Below the pieces are notes generated by a model, which was given only the letters and a program-made list of their open reading frames with translations, was not told where the DNA came from and did no database searches. A stretch of DNA of 64,000 nt from Eledone cirrhosa. Its lineage: Eukaryota. A program made the position numbers and the translations under genes. The stretch is taken from the NCBI GenBank assembly GCA_964016885.1, contig OZ024744.1:129952001-130016000 (forward strand), given 5' to 3'. Below, one piece after another: positions 49,401 to 62,700 of this stretch. Positions within the stretch are counted from its first letter, which is position 1; each line of letters starts with the position of its first letter.

Positions 49401-52400
49401 GTTAAGTTGGGGGTAAGTTAAGTTGGGGTTAAGTTAAGTTGGGGTTAAGTTAAGTCGGGGTAAATTTAAGTTGCGGTTAAGTTAAGTTGGGGTTAAGTTA
49501 AGTTGGGGTTAAGTTAAGTTGGGATTAAGTTAAGTTGGGGTTAAGTTAAGTTGGGCTTGAGTTAAGTTGGGGTTAAGTTAGATTGTTGTTAAGTTATTTT
49601 GGGGTTAAGTTAAGTTGGGGTTAAGTTAAGTTGGGGTTAATTTAAGTTGGGGTTAAGTTAAGTGGGGGTTAAGTTGAGTTGGGGTTAAGTTAAGTTAGGG
49701 TTAAGTTAAGTTGGGGTTAAGTTAAGTTGGGGTTAAGATAAGTTGGGGTTAAGTTAAGTTGGGGTTGAGTTAAGTTCGGGTTGAGTTAATTTGGTGTTAA
49801 CTTAAGTTGGGGTTAAGTTAAGTTGGGATTAAGTTAATTGGGGTTAAGTTAAGTTGGGGTTAAATTAAGTTCGGGTTAAGTTAAGTTCGGGTTAAGTTAA
49901 CTTGGGGTTAAGTTAAGTTGGGGTTAAGTTAAGTTGGGGTTAAGTTAGGTTGGGGTTAAGTTATGTTGGGGGTAAGTTAAGTTGGGGGTAAGTTAAGTTG
50001 GGGGTAAGTTAAGTTGGGTCTAATTAAGTTGGGGTTAAGTTAAGTTGGGGTTAAGTTAAGTTGGGGGTAAGATAAGTTGGGGTTAGTTAAGTTGCGGTTA
50101 AGTTAAGTTGGGGTTAAGTTAAGTTGGGGTTAAGTTAAGTTGGGGTAAAGTTAAGTTGGGGGTAAGTTAAGTTGGGGGTAAGTTAAGTTGGGGGTAAGTT
50201 AAGTTGGGGTTAATTTAAGTTAGGTCTAATTAAGTTGGGGTTAAGTTAAGTTGGGGTTAAATTAAGTTGGGGTTAAGTTAAGTTGGGGTTAAGTTAAGTT
50301 GGGGTTAAGTTAAGTTGCGGTTAAGTTAAGTTGAGGTTAAGTTAAGTAGGGGTTAAATTATGTTGGGGTTAAGTTAAGTTCGGGTTAAGTTAAGTTGGGG
50401 TTAAGTTGAGTTGGGGATAAGTTAAGTTGGGGATAAGTTAAGTTGGGGTTAAGTTAAGTTGGGTTTAAGATAAGTTTGGGTTAAGTTAAGTTGGGGTTAA
50501 GTTAAGTTGGGGTTAAGTTAAGTTGGGGTTAAGTTAAGTTGGTTAGTTAAGTTGAGTTTAAGTTAAGTTGGGGTTAATTTAAGTTGGGGTTAAGTTAAGT
50601 TGGGGTTAAGTTAAGTTGGGGTTAAGTTAAGTTGGGGTTAAGTTAAGTTGCGGTTAAGTTAAGTTGAGGTTAAGTTAAGTTGGGGTTAAGTTAAGTTGGG
50701 GTTAAGTTAAGTTGGGGCTAAGTTAAGTTGGGGCTAAGTTAAGTTGGGGCTAAGTTAACTTTGGGTTATGTTAATTTGGGTTTGAGTTAAGTTGGGGTTA
50801 ATTAAGTTGGGGTTAAGTTAAGTTGGGGTTAAGTTAAGTTGGGGTTAAGTTAAGTTGGGGTTAAGTTAAGTTGCGGTTAAGTTAAGTTGATGTTAAGTTA
50901 AGTTGATGTTAAGTTAAGTTGGGGTTAAGTTAAGTCGGGGTTAAGTTAAGGTGGGGTTAAGTTAAGTTGGGGTCAACTAAAGTTGGGGTTAAGTTAAGTT
51001 GGGGTTAACTTAAGTTGGGGTTAAGTTAAGTTGGGGTTAAGTTGGGGTTAAATTAAGTTGGGGTTAAGTTAAGTTGGGGTTAAATTAAGTTCGGGTTAAG
51101 TTAAGTTCGGGTTAAGTTAACTTGGGGTTAAGTTAAGTTGGGGTTAAGTTAAGTTGGGGTTAAGTTAGGTTGGGGTTAAGTTATGTTGGGGGTAAGTTAA
51201 GTTGGGGGTAAGTTAAGTTGGGGGTAAGTTAAGTTGGGTCTAATTAAGTTGGGGTTAAGTTAAGTTGGGGTTAAGTTAAGTTGGGGTTAAGTTAAGTTGG
51301 GGTTAAGTTAAGTTGGGGTTAGGTTAAGTTGGGGCTAAGTTAAGTTGGGGTTAAGTTAAGTTGGGGTTACGTTAAGTTGGGGGTAAGTTAAGTTGGTGGT
51401 AAGTTAAGTTGGGGGTAAGTTAAGATGGGGTTAAGTTAAGTTGGGGTTAATTTAATTTGGGGTTAAGTTAAGTTGGGGTTAAGTTAAGTTGGGGTTAAGT
51501 TAAGTTGGAGTTAAGTTAAGTTGGGGGTAAGTTAAGCTGGGGTTAAGTTAAGTTGGGGTTAAGATAAGTTGGGGTTAAGTTAAGTTGGGGTTGAGCTAAG
51601 TTGGGGTTGAGTTAATTTGGGGTTAAGTTAAGTTGGGGTTAAGTTAAGTTGGGTTTAAGTTAAGTTGGGGTTAAGTTAAGTTGGGGTTAAATTAAGTTGG
51701 GGTTAAGCTAAGTTGGGGTTAAGTTAAATTGAGGTTAAGTTAAGTTGGGGTTAATTTAAGTTGGGGTTAAGCTAAGTTGGGGTTAAGTTAAATTGAGGTT
51801 AAGTTAAGTTGGGGTTAAGTTAAGTTGGGGATAATTTAAGTTGGGGCTAAGTAAAGTTGGGGCTAAGTTAAGTGGGGGTTAAGTTAAGTTAGGGTTGAGT
51901 TAAGTTGGGGTTAAGTTAACTTTGGGTTAAGTTAAGTTGGGTTTGAGTTAAGTTGGGGTTAATTAAGTTGGGGTTAAGTTAAGTTGGGGTTAAGTTAAGT
52001 TGCGGTTAAGTTAAGTTGAGGTTAAGTTAAGTTGGGGTTAAGTGAAGTTGGGGTTAAGTTAAGTTGGGGCTAAGTTAAGTTGGGGTTAAGTTAAGTTGGG
52101 GTTAAGTTAAGGTGGGGTTTAGTTAAGTTGGGGTCAACTAAAGTTGGGGCTAAGTTAAGTTGGGGTTCACTTAAGTTGGGGTTAAGTTAAGTTGGGGTTA
52201 AGTTAGATTGTTGTTAAGTTAAGTTGGGGTTAAGTTAAGGTGGGGTTTAGTTAAGTTGGGGTCAACTAAAGTTGGGGCTAAGTTAAGTTGGGGTTAACTT
52301 AAGTTGGGGTTAAGTTAAGTTGGGGTTAAGTTGGGGTTAAATTAAGTTGGGGTTAAGTTAAGTTGGGGTTAAGTTAAATGGGGTTAAGTTAAGTTTCGGG

Positions 52401-55400
52401 TAATTTAAGTTGGGGTTAAGTTAAGTTGGGGTTAAGTTAAGTTGGGGGTAAGTTAAGTTGGGGGTAAGTTAAGTTGGGGGTAAGTTAAGTTGGGGTTAAG
52501 TTAAGTTGGGGTTAAGTTAAGTTGGGGTTAAGTTAAGTTAGGGTTAAGTTAAGTTGGGGTTGAGTTAAGTTGGGGTTAAGTTAAGTTGGGGTTATGTTAA
52601 GTTGCGGTTAAGTTAAGTTGGGGTTAAATTAAGTTGGGGTTAAGTTAAGTTGGGATTAAGTTAAGTTGGGGTTAAGTTAGATTGTTGTTAAGTTAAGTTG
52701 GGGTTAAGTTAAGTTGGGGTTAATTTAAGTTGGGGTTAATTTAAGTTGGGTCTAATTAAGTTGGGGTTAAGTTAAGTTGGGGTTAAGTTAAGTTGGGGTT
52801 AAGTTAAGTTGGGGTTAAATTAAGTTGGGGTTAAGTTAAGTTGGGGTTAAGTTAAGTTGGGGTTAAGTTAAGTTGGGTTTACGTTAAGTTGGGGGTAAGT
52901 TAAGTTGGTGGTAAGTTAAGTTGGGGGATAGTTAAGATGGGGTTAAGTTAAGTTGGGGTTAATTTAATTTGGGGTTAAGTTAAGTTAGGGTTAAGTTAAG
53001 TTGTGGTTGAGTTAAGTCGGGGTTCAGTTAAGTTGGGGTTATGTTAAGTTGGGGTTAAGTTAAGTTGGGGTTAAGTTAAGTTGGGGTTCAATTAAGTTGC
53101 GGGTAATTTAAGTTGGGGTTAAGTTAAGTTGGGGGTACGTTAAGTTGGGGGTAAGTTAAGTTGGGGTTAAGTTAAGTTGGGGTTAAGTTAAGTCGGGGTA
53201 AATTTAAGTTGCGGTTAAGTTAAGTTGGGGTTAAGTTAAGTTGGGGTTAAGTTAAGTTGGGATTAAGTTAAGTTGGGGTTAAGTTAAGTTGGGCTTGAGT
53301 TAAGTTGGGGTTAAGTTAGATTGTTGTTAAGTTATTTTGGGGTTAAGTTAAGTTGGGGTTAAGTTAAGTTGGGGTTAATTTAAGTTGGGGTTAAGTTAAG
53401 TGGGGGTTAAGTTGAGTTGGGGTTAAGTTAAGTTAGGGTTAAGTTAAGTTGGGGTTAAGTTAAGTTGGGGTTAAGATAAGTTGGGGTTAAGTTAAGTTGG
53501 GGTTGAGTTAAGTTCGGGTTGAGTTAATTTGGTGTTAACTTAAGTTGGGGTTAAGTTAAGTTGGGATTAAGTTAATTGGGGTTAAGTTAAGTTGGGGTTA
53601 AATTAAGTTCGGGTTAAGTTAAGTTCGGGTTAAGTTAACTTGGGGTTAAGTTAAGTTGGGGTTAAGTTAAGTTGGGGTTAAGTTAGGTTGGGGTTAAGTT
53701 ATGTTGGGGGTAAGTTAAGTTGGGGGTAAGTTAAGTTGGGGGTAAGTTAAGTTGGGTCTAATTAAGTTGGGGTTAAGTTAAGTTGGGGTTAAGTTAAGTT
53801 GGGGGTAAGATAAGTTGGGGTTAGTTAAGTTGCGGTTAAGTTAAGTTGGGGTTAAGTTAAGTTGGGGTTAAGTTAAGTTGGGGTAAAGTTAAGTTGGGGG
53901 TAAGTTAAGTTGGGGGTAAGTTAAGTTGGGGGTAAGTTAAGTTGGGGTTAATTTAAGTTAGGTCTAATTAAGTTGGGGTTAAGTTAAGTTGGGGTTAAAT
54001 TAAGTTGGGGTTAAGTTAAGTTGGGGTTAAGTTAAGTTGGGGTTAAGTTAAGTTGCGGTTAAGTTAAGTTGAGGTTAAGTTAAGTAGGGGTTAAATTATG
54101 TTGGGGTTAAGTTAAGTTCGGGTTAAGTTAAGTTGGGGTTAAGTTGAGTTGGGGATAAGTTAAGTTGGGGATAAGTTAAGTTGGGGTTAAGTTAAGTTGG
54201 GTTTAAGATAAGTTTGGGTTAAGTTAAGTTGGGGTTAAGTTAAGTTGGGGTTAAGTTAAGTTGGGGTTAAGTTAAGTTGGTTAGTTAAGTTGAGTTTAAG
54301 TTAAGTTGGGGTTAATTTAAGTTGGGGTTAAGTTAAGTTGGGGTTAAGTTAAGTTGGGGTTAAGTTAAGTTGGGGTTAAGTTAAGTTGCGGTTAAGTTAA
54401 GTTGAGGTTAAGTTAAGTTGGGGTTAAGTTAAGTTGGGGTTAAGTTAAGTTGGGGCTAAGTTAAGTTGGGGCTAAGTTAAGTTGGGGCTAAGTTAACTTT
54501 GGGTTATGTTAATTTGGGTTTGAGTTAAGTTGGGGTTAATTAAGTTGGGGTTAAGTTAAGTTGGGGTTAAGTTAAGTTGGGGTTAAGTTAAGTTGGGGTT
54601 AAGTTAAGTTGCGGTTAAGTTAAGTTGATGTTAAGTTAAGTTGATGTTAAGTTAAGTTGGGGTTAAGTTAAGTCGGGGTTAAGTTAAGGTGGGGTTAAGT
54701 TAAGTTGGGGTCAACTAAAGTTGGGGTTAAGTTAAGTTGGGGTTAACTTAAGTTGGGGTTAAGTTAAGTTGGGGTTAAGTTGGGGTTAAATTAAGTTGGG
54801 GTTAAGTTAAGTTGGGGTTAAATTAAGTTCGGGTTAAGTTAAGTTCGGGTTAAGTTAACTTGGGGTTAAGTTAAGTTGGGGTTAAGTTAAGTTGGGGTTA
54901 AGTTAGGTTGGGGTTAAGTTATGTTGGGGGTAAGTTAAGTTGGGGGTAAGTTAAGTTGGGGGTAAGTTAAGTTGGGTCTAATTAAGTTGGGGTTAAGTTA
55001 AGTTGGGGTTAAGTTAAGTTGGGGTTAAGTTAAGTTGGGGTTAAGTTAAGTTGGGGTTAGGTTAAGTTGGGGCTAAGTTAAGTTGGGGTTAAGTTAAGTT
55101 GGGGTTACGTTAAGTTGGGGGTAAGTTAAGTTGGTGGTAAGTTAAGTTGGGGGTAAGTTAAGATGGGGTTAAGTTAAGTTGGGGTTAATTTAATTTGGGG
55201 TTAAGTTAAGTTGGGGTTAAGTTAAGTTGGGGTTAAGTTAAGTTGGAGTTAAGTTAAGTTGGGGGTAAGTTAAGCTGGGGTTAAGTTAAGTTGGGGTTAA
55301 GATAAGTTGGGGTTAAGTTAAGTTGGGGTTGAGCTAAGTTGGGGTTGAGTTAATTTGGGGTTAAGTTAAGTTGGGGTTAAGTTAAGTTGGGTTTAAGTTA

Positions 55401-58400
55401 AGTTGGGGTTAAGTTAAGTTGGGGTTAAATTAAGTTGGGGTTAAGCTAAGTTGGGGTTAAGTTAAATTGAGGTTAAGTTAAGTTGGGGTTAATTTAAGTT
55501 GGGGTTAAGCTAAGTTGGGGTTAAGTTAAATTGAGGTTAAGTTAAGTTGGGGTTAAGTTAAGTTGGGGATAATTTAAGTTGGGGCTAAGTAAAGTTGGGG
55601 CTAAGTTAAGTGGGGGTTAAGTTAAGTTAGGGTTGAGTTAAGTTGGGGTTAAGTTAACTTTGGGTTAAGTTAAGTTGGGTTTGAGTTAAGTTGGGGTTAA
55701 TTAAGTTGGGGTTAAGTTAAGTTGGGGTTAAGTTAAGTTGCGGTTAAGTTAAGTTGAGGTTAAGTTAAGTTGGGGTTAAGTGAAGTTGGGGTTAAGTTAA
55801 GTTGGGGCTAAGTTAAGTTGGGGTTAAGTTAAGTTGGGGTTAAGTTAAGGTGGGGTTTAGTTAAGTTGGGGTCAACTAAAGTTGGGGCTAAGTTAAGTTG
55901 GGGTTCACTTAAGTTGGGGTTAAGTTAAGTTGGGGTTAAGTTAGATTGTTGTTAAGTTAAGTTGGGGTTAAGTTAAGGTGGGGTTTAGTTAAGTTGGGGT
56001 CAACTAAAGTTGGGGCTAAGTTAAGTTGGGGTTAACTTAAGTTGGGGTTAAGTTAAGTTGGGGTTAAGTTGGGGTTAAATTAAGTTGGGGTTAAGTTAAG
56101 TTGGGGTTAAGTTAAATGGGGTTAAGTTAAGTTTCGGGTAATTTAAGTTGGGGTTAAGTTAAGTTGGGGTTAAGTTAAGTTGGGGGTAAGTTAAGTTGGG
56201 GGTAAGTTAAGTTGGGGGTAAGTTAAGTTGGGGTTAAGTTAAGTTGGGGTTAAGTTAAGTTGGGGTTAAGTTAAGTTAGGGTTAAGTTAAGTTGGGGTTG
56301 AGTTAAGTTGGGGTTAAGTTAAGTTGGGGTTATGTTAAGTTGGGGTTAAGTTAAGTTGGGGTTAAGTTAAGTTGGGGTTAAGTTAAGTTGCGGTTAAGTT
56401 AAGTTGGGGTTAAATTAAGTTGGGGTTAAGTTAAGTTGGGATTAAGTTAAGTTGGGGTTAAGTTAGATTGTTGTTAAGTTAAGTTGGGGTTAAGTTAAGT
56501 TGGGGTTAATTTAAGTTGGGGTTAATTTAAGTTGGGTCTCAATTAAGTTGGGGTTAAGTTAAGTTGGGGTTAAGTTAAGTTGGGGTTAAGTTAAGTTGGG
56601 GTTAAATTAAGTTGGGGTTAAGTTAAGTTGGGGTTAAGTTAAGTTGGGGTTAAGTTAAGTTGGGTTTACGTTAAGTTGGGGGTAAGTTAAGTTGGTGGTA
56701 AGTTAAGTTGGGGGATAGTTAAGATGGGGTTAAGTTAAGTTGGGGTTAATTTAATTTGGGGTTAAGTTAAGTTAGGGTTAAGTTAAGTTGTGGTTGAGTT
56801 AAGTCGGGGTTCAGTTAAGTTGGGGTTATGTTAAGTTGGGGTTAAGTTAAGTTGGGGTTAAGTTAAGTTGGGGTTCAATTAAGTTGCGGGTAATTTAAGT
56901 TGGGGTTAAGTTAAGTTGGGGGTACGTTAAGTTGGGGGTAAGTTAAGTTGGGGTTAAGTTAAGTTGGGGTTAAGTTAAGTCGGGGTAAATTTAAGTTGCG
57001 GTTAAGTTAAGTTGGGGTTAAGTTAAGTTGGGGTTAAGTTAAGTTGGGATTAAGTTAAGTTGGGGTTAAGTTAAGTTGGGGTTGAGTTAAGTTGGGGTTA
57101 AGTTAGATTGTTGTTAAGTTATTTTGGGGTTAAGTTAAGTTGGGGTTAAGTTAAGTTGGGGTTAATTTAAGTTGGGGTTAAGTTAAGTGGGGGTTAAGTT
57201 GAGTTGGGGTTAAGTTAAGTTAGGGTTAAGTTAAGTTGGGGTTAAGTTAAGTTGGGGTTAAGATAAGTTGGGGTTAAGTTAAGTTGGGGTTGAGTTAAGT
57301 TCGGGTTGAGTTAATTTGGTGTTAACTTAAGTTGGGGTTAAGTTAAGTTGGGATTAAGTTAATTGGGGTTAAGTTAAGTTGGGGTTAAATTAAGTTCGGG
57401 TTAAGTTAAGTTCGGGTTAAGTTAACTTGGGGTTAAGTTAAGTTGGGGTTAAGTTAAGTTGGGGTTAAGTTAGGTTGGGGTTAAGTTATGTTGGGGGTAA
57501 GTTAAGTTGGGGGTAAGTTAAGTTGGGGGTAAGTTAAGTTGGGTCTAATTAAGTTGGGGTTAAGTTAAGTTGGGGTTAAGTTAAGTTGGGGGTAAGATAA
57601 GTTGGGGTTAGTTAAGTTGCGGTTAAGTTAAGTTGGGGTTAAGTTAAGTTGGGGTTAAGTTAAGTTGGGGTAAAGTTAAGTTGGGGGTAAGTTAAGTTGG
57701 GGGTAAGTTAAGTTGGGGGTAAGTTAAGTTGGGGTTAATTTAAGTTAGGTCTAATTAAGTTGGGGTTAAGTTAAGTTGGGGTTAAATTAAGTTGGGGTTA
57801 AGTTAAGTTGGGGTTAAGTTAAGTTGGGGTTAAGTTAAGTTGCGGTTAAGTTAAGTTGAGGTTAAGTTAAGTAGGGGTTAAATTATGTTGGGGTTAAGTT
57901 AAGTTCGGGTTAAGTTAAGTTGGGGTTAAGTTGAGTTGGGGATAAGTTAAGTTGGGGATAAGTTAAGTTGGGGTTAAGTTAAGTTGGGTTTAAGATAAGT
58001 TTGGGTTAAGTTAAGTTGGGGTTAAGTTAAGTTGGGGTTAAGTTAAGTTGGGGTTAAGTTAAGTTGGTTAGTTAAGTTGAGTTTAAGTTAAGTTGGGGTT
58101 AATTTAAGTTGGGGTTAAGTTAAGTTGGGGTTAAGTTAAGTTGGGGTTAAGTTAAGTTGGGGTTAAGTTAAGTTGCGGTTAAGTTAAGTTGAGGTTAAGT
58201 TAAGTTGGGGTTAAGTTAAGTTGGGGTTAAGTTAAGTTGGGGCTAAGTTAAGTTGGGGCTAAGTTAAGTTGGGGCTAAGTTAAGTTGGGGTTAATTTAAC
58301 TTTGGGTTATGTTAATTTGGGTTTGAGTTAAGTTGGGGTTAATTAAGTTGGGGTTAAGTTAAGTTGGGGTTAAGTTAAGTTGGGGTTAAGTTAAGTTGGG

Positions 58401-59760
58401 GTTAAGTTAAGTTGCGGTTAAGTTAAGTTGATGTTAAGTTAAGTTGATGTTAAGTTAAGTTGGGGTTAAGTTAAGTCGGGGTTAAGTTAAGGTGGGGTTA
58501 AGTTAAGTTGGGGTCAACTAAAGTTGGGGTTAAGTTAAGTTGGGGTTAACTTAAGTTGGGGTTAAGTTAAGTTGGGGTTAAGTTGGGGTTAAATTAAGTT
58601 GGGGTTAAGTTAAGTTGGGGTTAAATTAAGTTCGGGTTAAGTTAAGTTCGGGTTAAGTTAACTTGGGGTTAAGTTAAGTTGGGGTTAAGTTAAGTTGGGG
58701 TTAAGTTAGGTTGGGGTTAAGTTATGTTGGGGGTAAGTTAAGTTGGGGGTAAGTTAAGTTGGGGGTAAGTTAAGTTGGGTCTAATTAAGTTGGGGTTAAG
58801 TTAAGTTGGGGTTAAGTTAAGTTGGGGTTAAGTTAAGTTGGGGTTAAGTTAAGTTGGGGTTAGGTTAAGTTGGGGCTAAGTTAAGTTGGGGTTAAGTTAA
58901 GTTGGGGTTACGTTAAGTTGGGGGTAAGTTAAGTTGGTGGTAAGTTAAGTTGGGGGTAAGTTAAGATGGGGTTAAGTTAAGTTGGGGTTAATTTAATTTG
59001 GGGTTAAGTTAAGTTGGGGTTAAGTTAAGTTGGGGTTAAGTTAAGTTGGAGTTAAGTTAAGTTGGGGGTAAGTTAAGCTGGGGTTAAGTTAAGTTGGGGT
59101 TAAGATAAGTTGGGGTTAAGTTAAGTTGGGGTTGAGCTAAGTTGGGGTTGAGTTAATTTGGGGTTAAGTTAAGTTGGGGTTAAGTTAAGTTGGGTTTAAG
59201 TTAAGTTGGGGTTAAGTTAAGTTGGGGTTAAATTAAGTTGGGGTTAAGCTAAGTTGGGGTTAAGTTAAATTGAGGTTAAGTTAAGTTGGGGTTAATTTAA
59301 GTTGGGGTTAAGCTAAGTTGGGGTTAAGTTAAATTGAGGTTAAGTTAAGTTGGGGTTAAGTTAAGTTGGGGATAATTTAAGTTGGGGCTAAGTAAAGTTG
59401 GGGCTAAGTTAAGTGGGGGTTAAGTTAAGTTAGGGTTGAGTTAAGTTGGGGTTAAGTTAACTTTGGGTTAAGTTAAGTTGGGTTTGAGTTAAGTTGGGGT
59501 TAATTAAGTTGGGGTTAAGTTAAGTTGGGGTTAAGTTAAGTTGCGGTTAAGTTAAGTTGAGGTTAAGTTAAGTTGGGGTTAAGTGAAGTTGGGGTTAAGT
59601 TAAGTTGGGGCTAAGTTAAGTTGGGGTTAAGTTAAGTTGGGGTTAAGTTAAGGTGGGGTTTAGTTAAGTTGGGGTCAACTAAAGTTGGGGCTAAGTTAAG
59701 TTGGGGTTCACTTAAGTTGGGGTTAAGTTAAGTTGGGGTTAAGTTAGATTGTTGTTAAGT
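45150..59760 (+). repeat. Higher-order repeat, period ~3.74-3.79 kb, about 4 tandem copies
   Basis: GGGGGATAGTTAAGATGGGG at 45415, 49185, 52923, 56710 (spacings 3,770, 3,738, 3,787). CAACTAAAG doublets start at 48349, 52135, 55873. Confidence 0.87.
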
Positions 59761-62700
59761 TAAGTTGGGGTTAAGTTAAGTTGGGGTTAATTTAAGTTGG
59801 GGTTAATTTAAGTTGGGTCTAATTAAGTTGGGGTTAAGTTAAGTTGGGGTTAAGTTAAGTTGGGGTTAAGTTAAGTTGGGGTTAAGTTAAGTTGGGTCTA
59901 CGTTAAGTTGGGGGTAAGTTAAGTTGGTGGTAAGTTAAGTTGGGGGATAGTTAAGATGGGGTTAAGTTAAGTTGGGGTTAATTTAATTTGGGGTTAAGTT
60001 AAGTTAGGGTTAAGTTAAGTTGGGGTTGAGTTAAGTCGGGGTTCAGTTAAGTTGGGGTTATGTTATGTTGGGGTTAAGTTAAGTTGGGGTTAAGTTAAGT
60101 TGGGGTTATGTTAAGTTGGGGTTAAGTTAAGTTGGGGTTAAGTTAAGTTGGGGTTAAGTTAAGTTGCGGTTAAGTTAAGTTGGGGTTAAATTAAGTTGGG
60201 GTTAAGTTAAGTTGGGATTAAGTTAAGTTGGGGTTAAGTTAGATTGTTGTTAAGTTAAGTTGGGGTTAAGTTAAGTTGGGGTTAATTTAAGTTGGGGTTA
60301 AGTTAAGTTGGGGTTAAGTTAAGTTGGGGTTAAGTTAAGTTGGGGTTAAATTAAGTTGGGGTTAAGTTAAGTTGGGGTTAAGTTAAGTTGGGGTTAAGTT
60401 AAGTTGGGTTTACGTTAAGTTGGGGGTAAGTTAAGTTGGTGGTAAGTTAAGTTGGGGGATAGTTAAGATGGGGTTAAGTTAAGTTGGGGTTAATTTAATT
60501 TGGGGTTAAGTTAAGTTAGGGTTAAGTTAAGTTGGGGTTGAGTTAAGTCGGGGTTCAGTTAAGTTGGGGTTATGTTAAGTTGGGGTTAAGTTAAGTTGGG
60601 GTTAAGTTAAGTTGGGGTTCAATTAAGTTGCGGGTAATTTAAGTTGGGGTTAAGTTAAGTTGGGGGTACGTTAAGTTGGGGGTAAGTTAAGTTGGGGTTA
60701 AGTTAAGTTGGGGTTAAGTTAAGTCGGGGTAAATTTAAGTTGCGGTTAAGTTAAGTTGGGGTTAAGTTAAGTTGGGGTTAAGTTAAGTTGGGATTAAGTT
60801 AAGTTGGGGTTAAGTTAAGTTGGGGTTGAGTTAAGTTGGGGTTAAGTTAGATTGTTGTTAAGTTATTTTGGGGTTAAGTTAAGTTGGGGTTAAGTTAAGT
60901 TGGGGTTAATTTAAGTTGGGGTTAAGTTAAGTGGGGGTTAAGTTGAGTTGGGGTTAAGTTAAGTTAGGGTTAAGTTAAGTTGGGGTTAAGTTAAGTTGGG
61001 GTTAAGATAAGTTGGGGTTAAGTTAAGTTGGGGTTGAGTTAAGTTCGGGTTGAGTTAATTTGGTGTTAACTTAAGTTGGGGTTAAGTTAAGTTGGGATTA
61101 AGTTAATTGGGGTTAAGTTAAGTTGGGGTTAAATTAAGTTCGGGTTAAGTTAAGTTCGGGTTAAGTTAACTTGGGGTTAAGTTAAGTTGGGGTTAAGTTA
61201 AGTTGGGGTTAAGTTAGGTTGGGGTTAAGTTATGTTGGGGTTAAGTTAAGTTGGGGATAATTTAAGTTGGGGCTAAGTAAAGTTGGGGCTAAGTTAAGTG
61301 GGGGTTAAGTTAAGTTAGGGTTGAGTTAAGTTGGGGTTAAGTTAACTTTGGGTTAAGTTAAGTTGGGTTTGAGTTAAGTTGGGGTTAATTAAGTTGGGGT
61401 TAAGTTAAGTTGGGGTTAAGTTAAGTTGCGGTTAAGTTAAGTTGAGGTTAAGTTAAGTTGGGGTTAAGTGAAGTTGGGGTTAAGTTAAGTTGGGGCTAAG
61501 TTAAGTTGGGGTTAAGTTAAGTTGGGGTTAAGTTAAGGTGGGGTTTAGTTAAGTTGGGGTCAACTAAAGTTGGGGCTAAGTTAAGTTGGGGTTCACTTAA
61601 GTTGGGGTTAAGTTAAGTTGGGGTTAAGTTAGATTGTTGTTAAGTTAAGTTGGGGTTAAGTTAAGGTGGGGTTTAGTTAAGTTGGGGTCAACTAAAGTTG
61701 GGGCTAAGTTAAGTTGGGGTTAACTTAAGTTGGGGTTAAGTTAAGTTGGGGTTAAGTTGGGGTTAAATTAAGTTGGGGTTAAGTTAAGTTGGGGTTAAGT
61801 TAAATGGGGTTAAGTTAAGTTTCGGGTAATTTAAGTTGGGGTTAAGTTAAGTTGGGGTTAAGTTAAGTTGGGGGTAAGTTAAGTTGGGGGTAAGTTAAGT
61901 TGGGGGTAAGTTAAGTTGGGGTTAAGTTAAGTTGGGGTTAAGTTAAGTTGGGGTTAAGTTAAGTTAGGGTTAAGTTAAGTTGGGGTTGAGTTAAGTTGGG
62001 GTTAAGTTAAGTTGGGGTTATGTTAAGTTGGGGTTAAGTTAAGTTGGGGTTAAGTTAAGTTGGGGTTAAGTTAAGTTGCGGTTAAGTTAAGTTGGGGTTA
62101 AATTAAGTTGGGGTTAAGTTAAGTTGGGATTAAGTTAAGTTGGGGTTAAGTTAGATTGTTGTTAAGTTAAGTTGGGGTTAAGTTAAGTTGGGGTTAATTT
62201 AAGTTGGGGTTAATTTAAGTTGGGTCTCAATTAAGTTGGGGTTAAGTTAAGTTGGGGTTAAGTTAAGTTGGGGTTAAGTTAAGTTGGGGTTAAATTAAGT
62301 TGGGGTTAAGTTAAGTTGGGGTTAAGTTAAGTTGGGGTTAAGTTAAGTTGGGTTTACGTTAAGTTGGGGGTAAGTTAAGTTGGTGGTAAGTTAAGTTGGG
62401 GGATAGTTAAGATGGGGTTAAGTTAAGTTGGGGTTAATTTAATTTGGGGTTAAGTTAAGTTAGGGTTAAGTTAAGTTGTGGTTGAGTTAAGTCGGGGTTC
62501 AGTTAAGTTGGGGTTATGTTAAGTTGGGGTTAAGTTAAGTTGGGGTTAAGTTAAGTTGGGGTTCAATTAAGTTGCGGGTAATTTAAGTTGGGGTTAAGTT
62601 AAGTTGGGGGTACGTTAAGTTGGGGGTAAGTTAAGTTGGGGTTAAGTTAAGTTGGGGTTAAGTTAAGTCGGGGTAAATTTAAGTTGCGGTTAAGTTAAGT

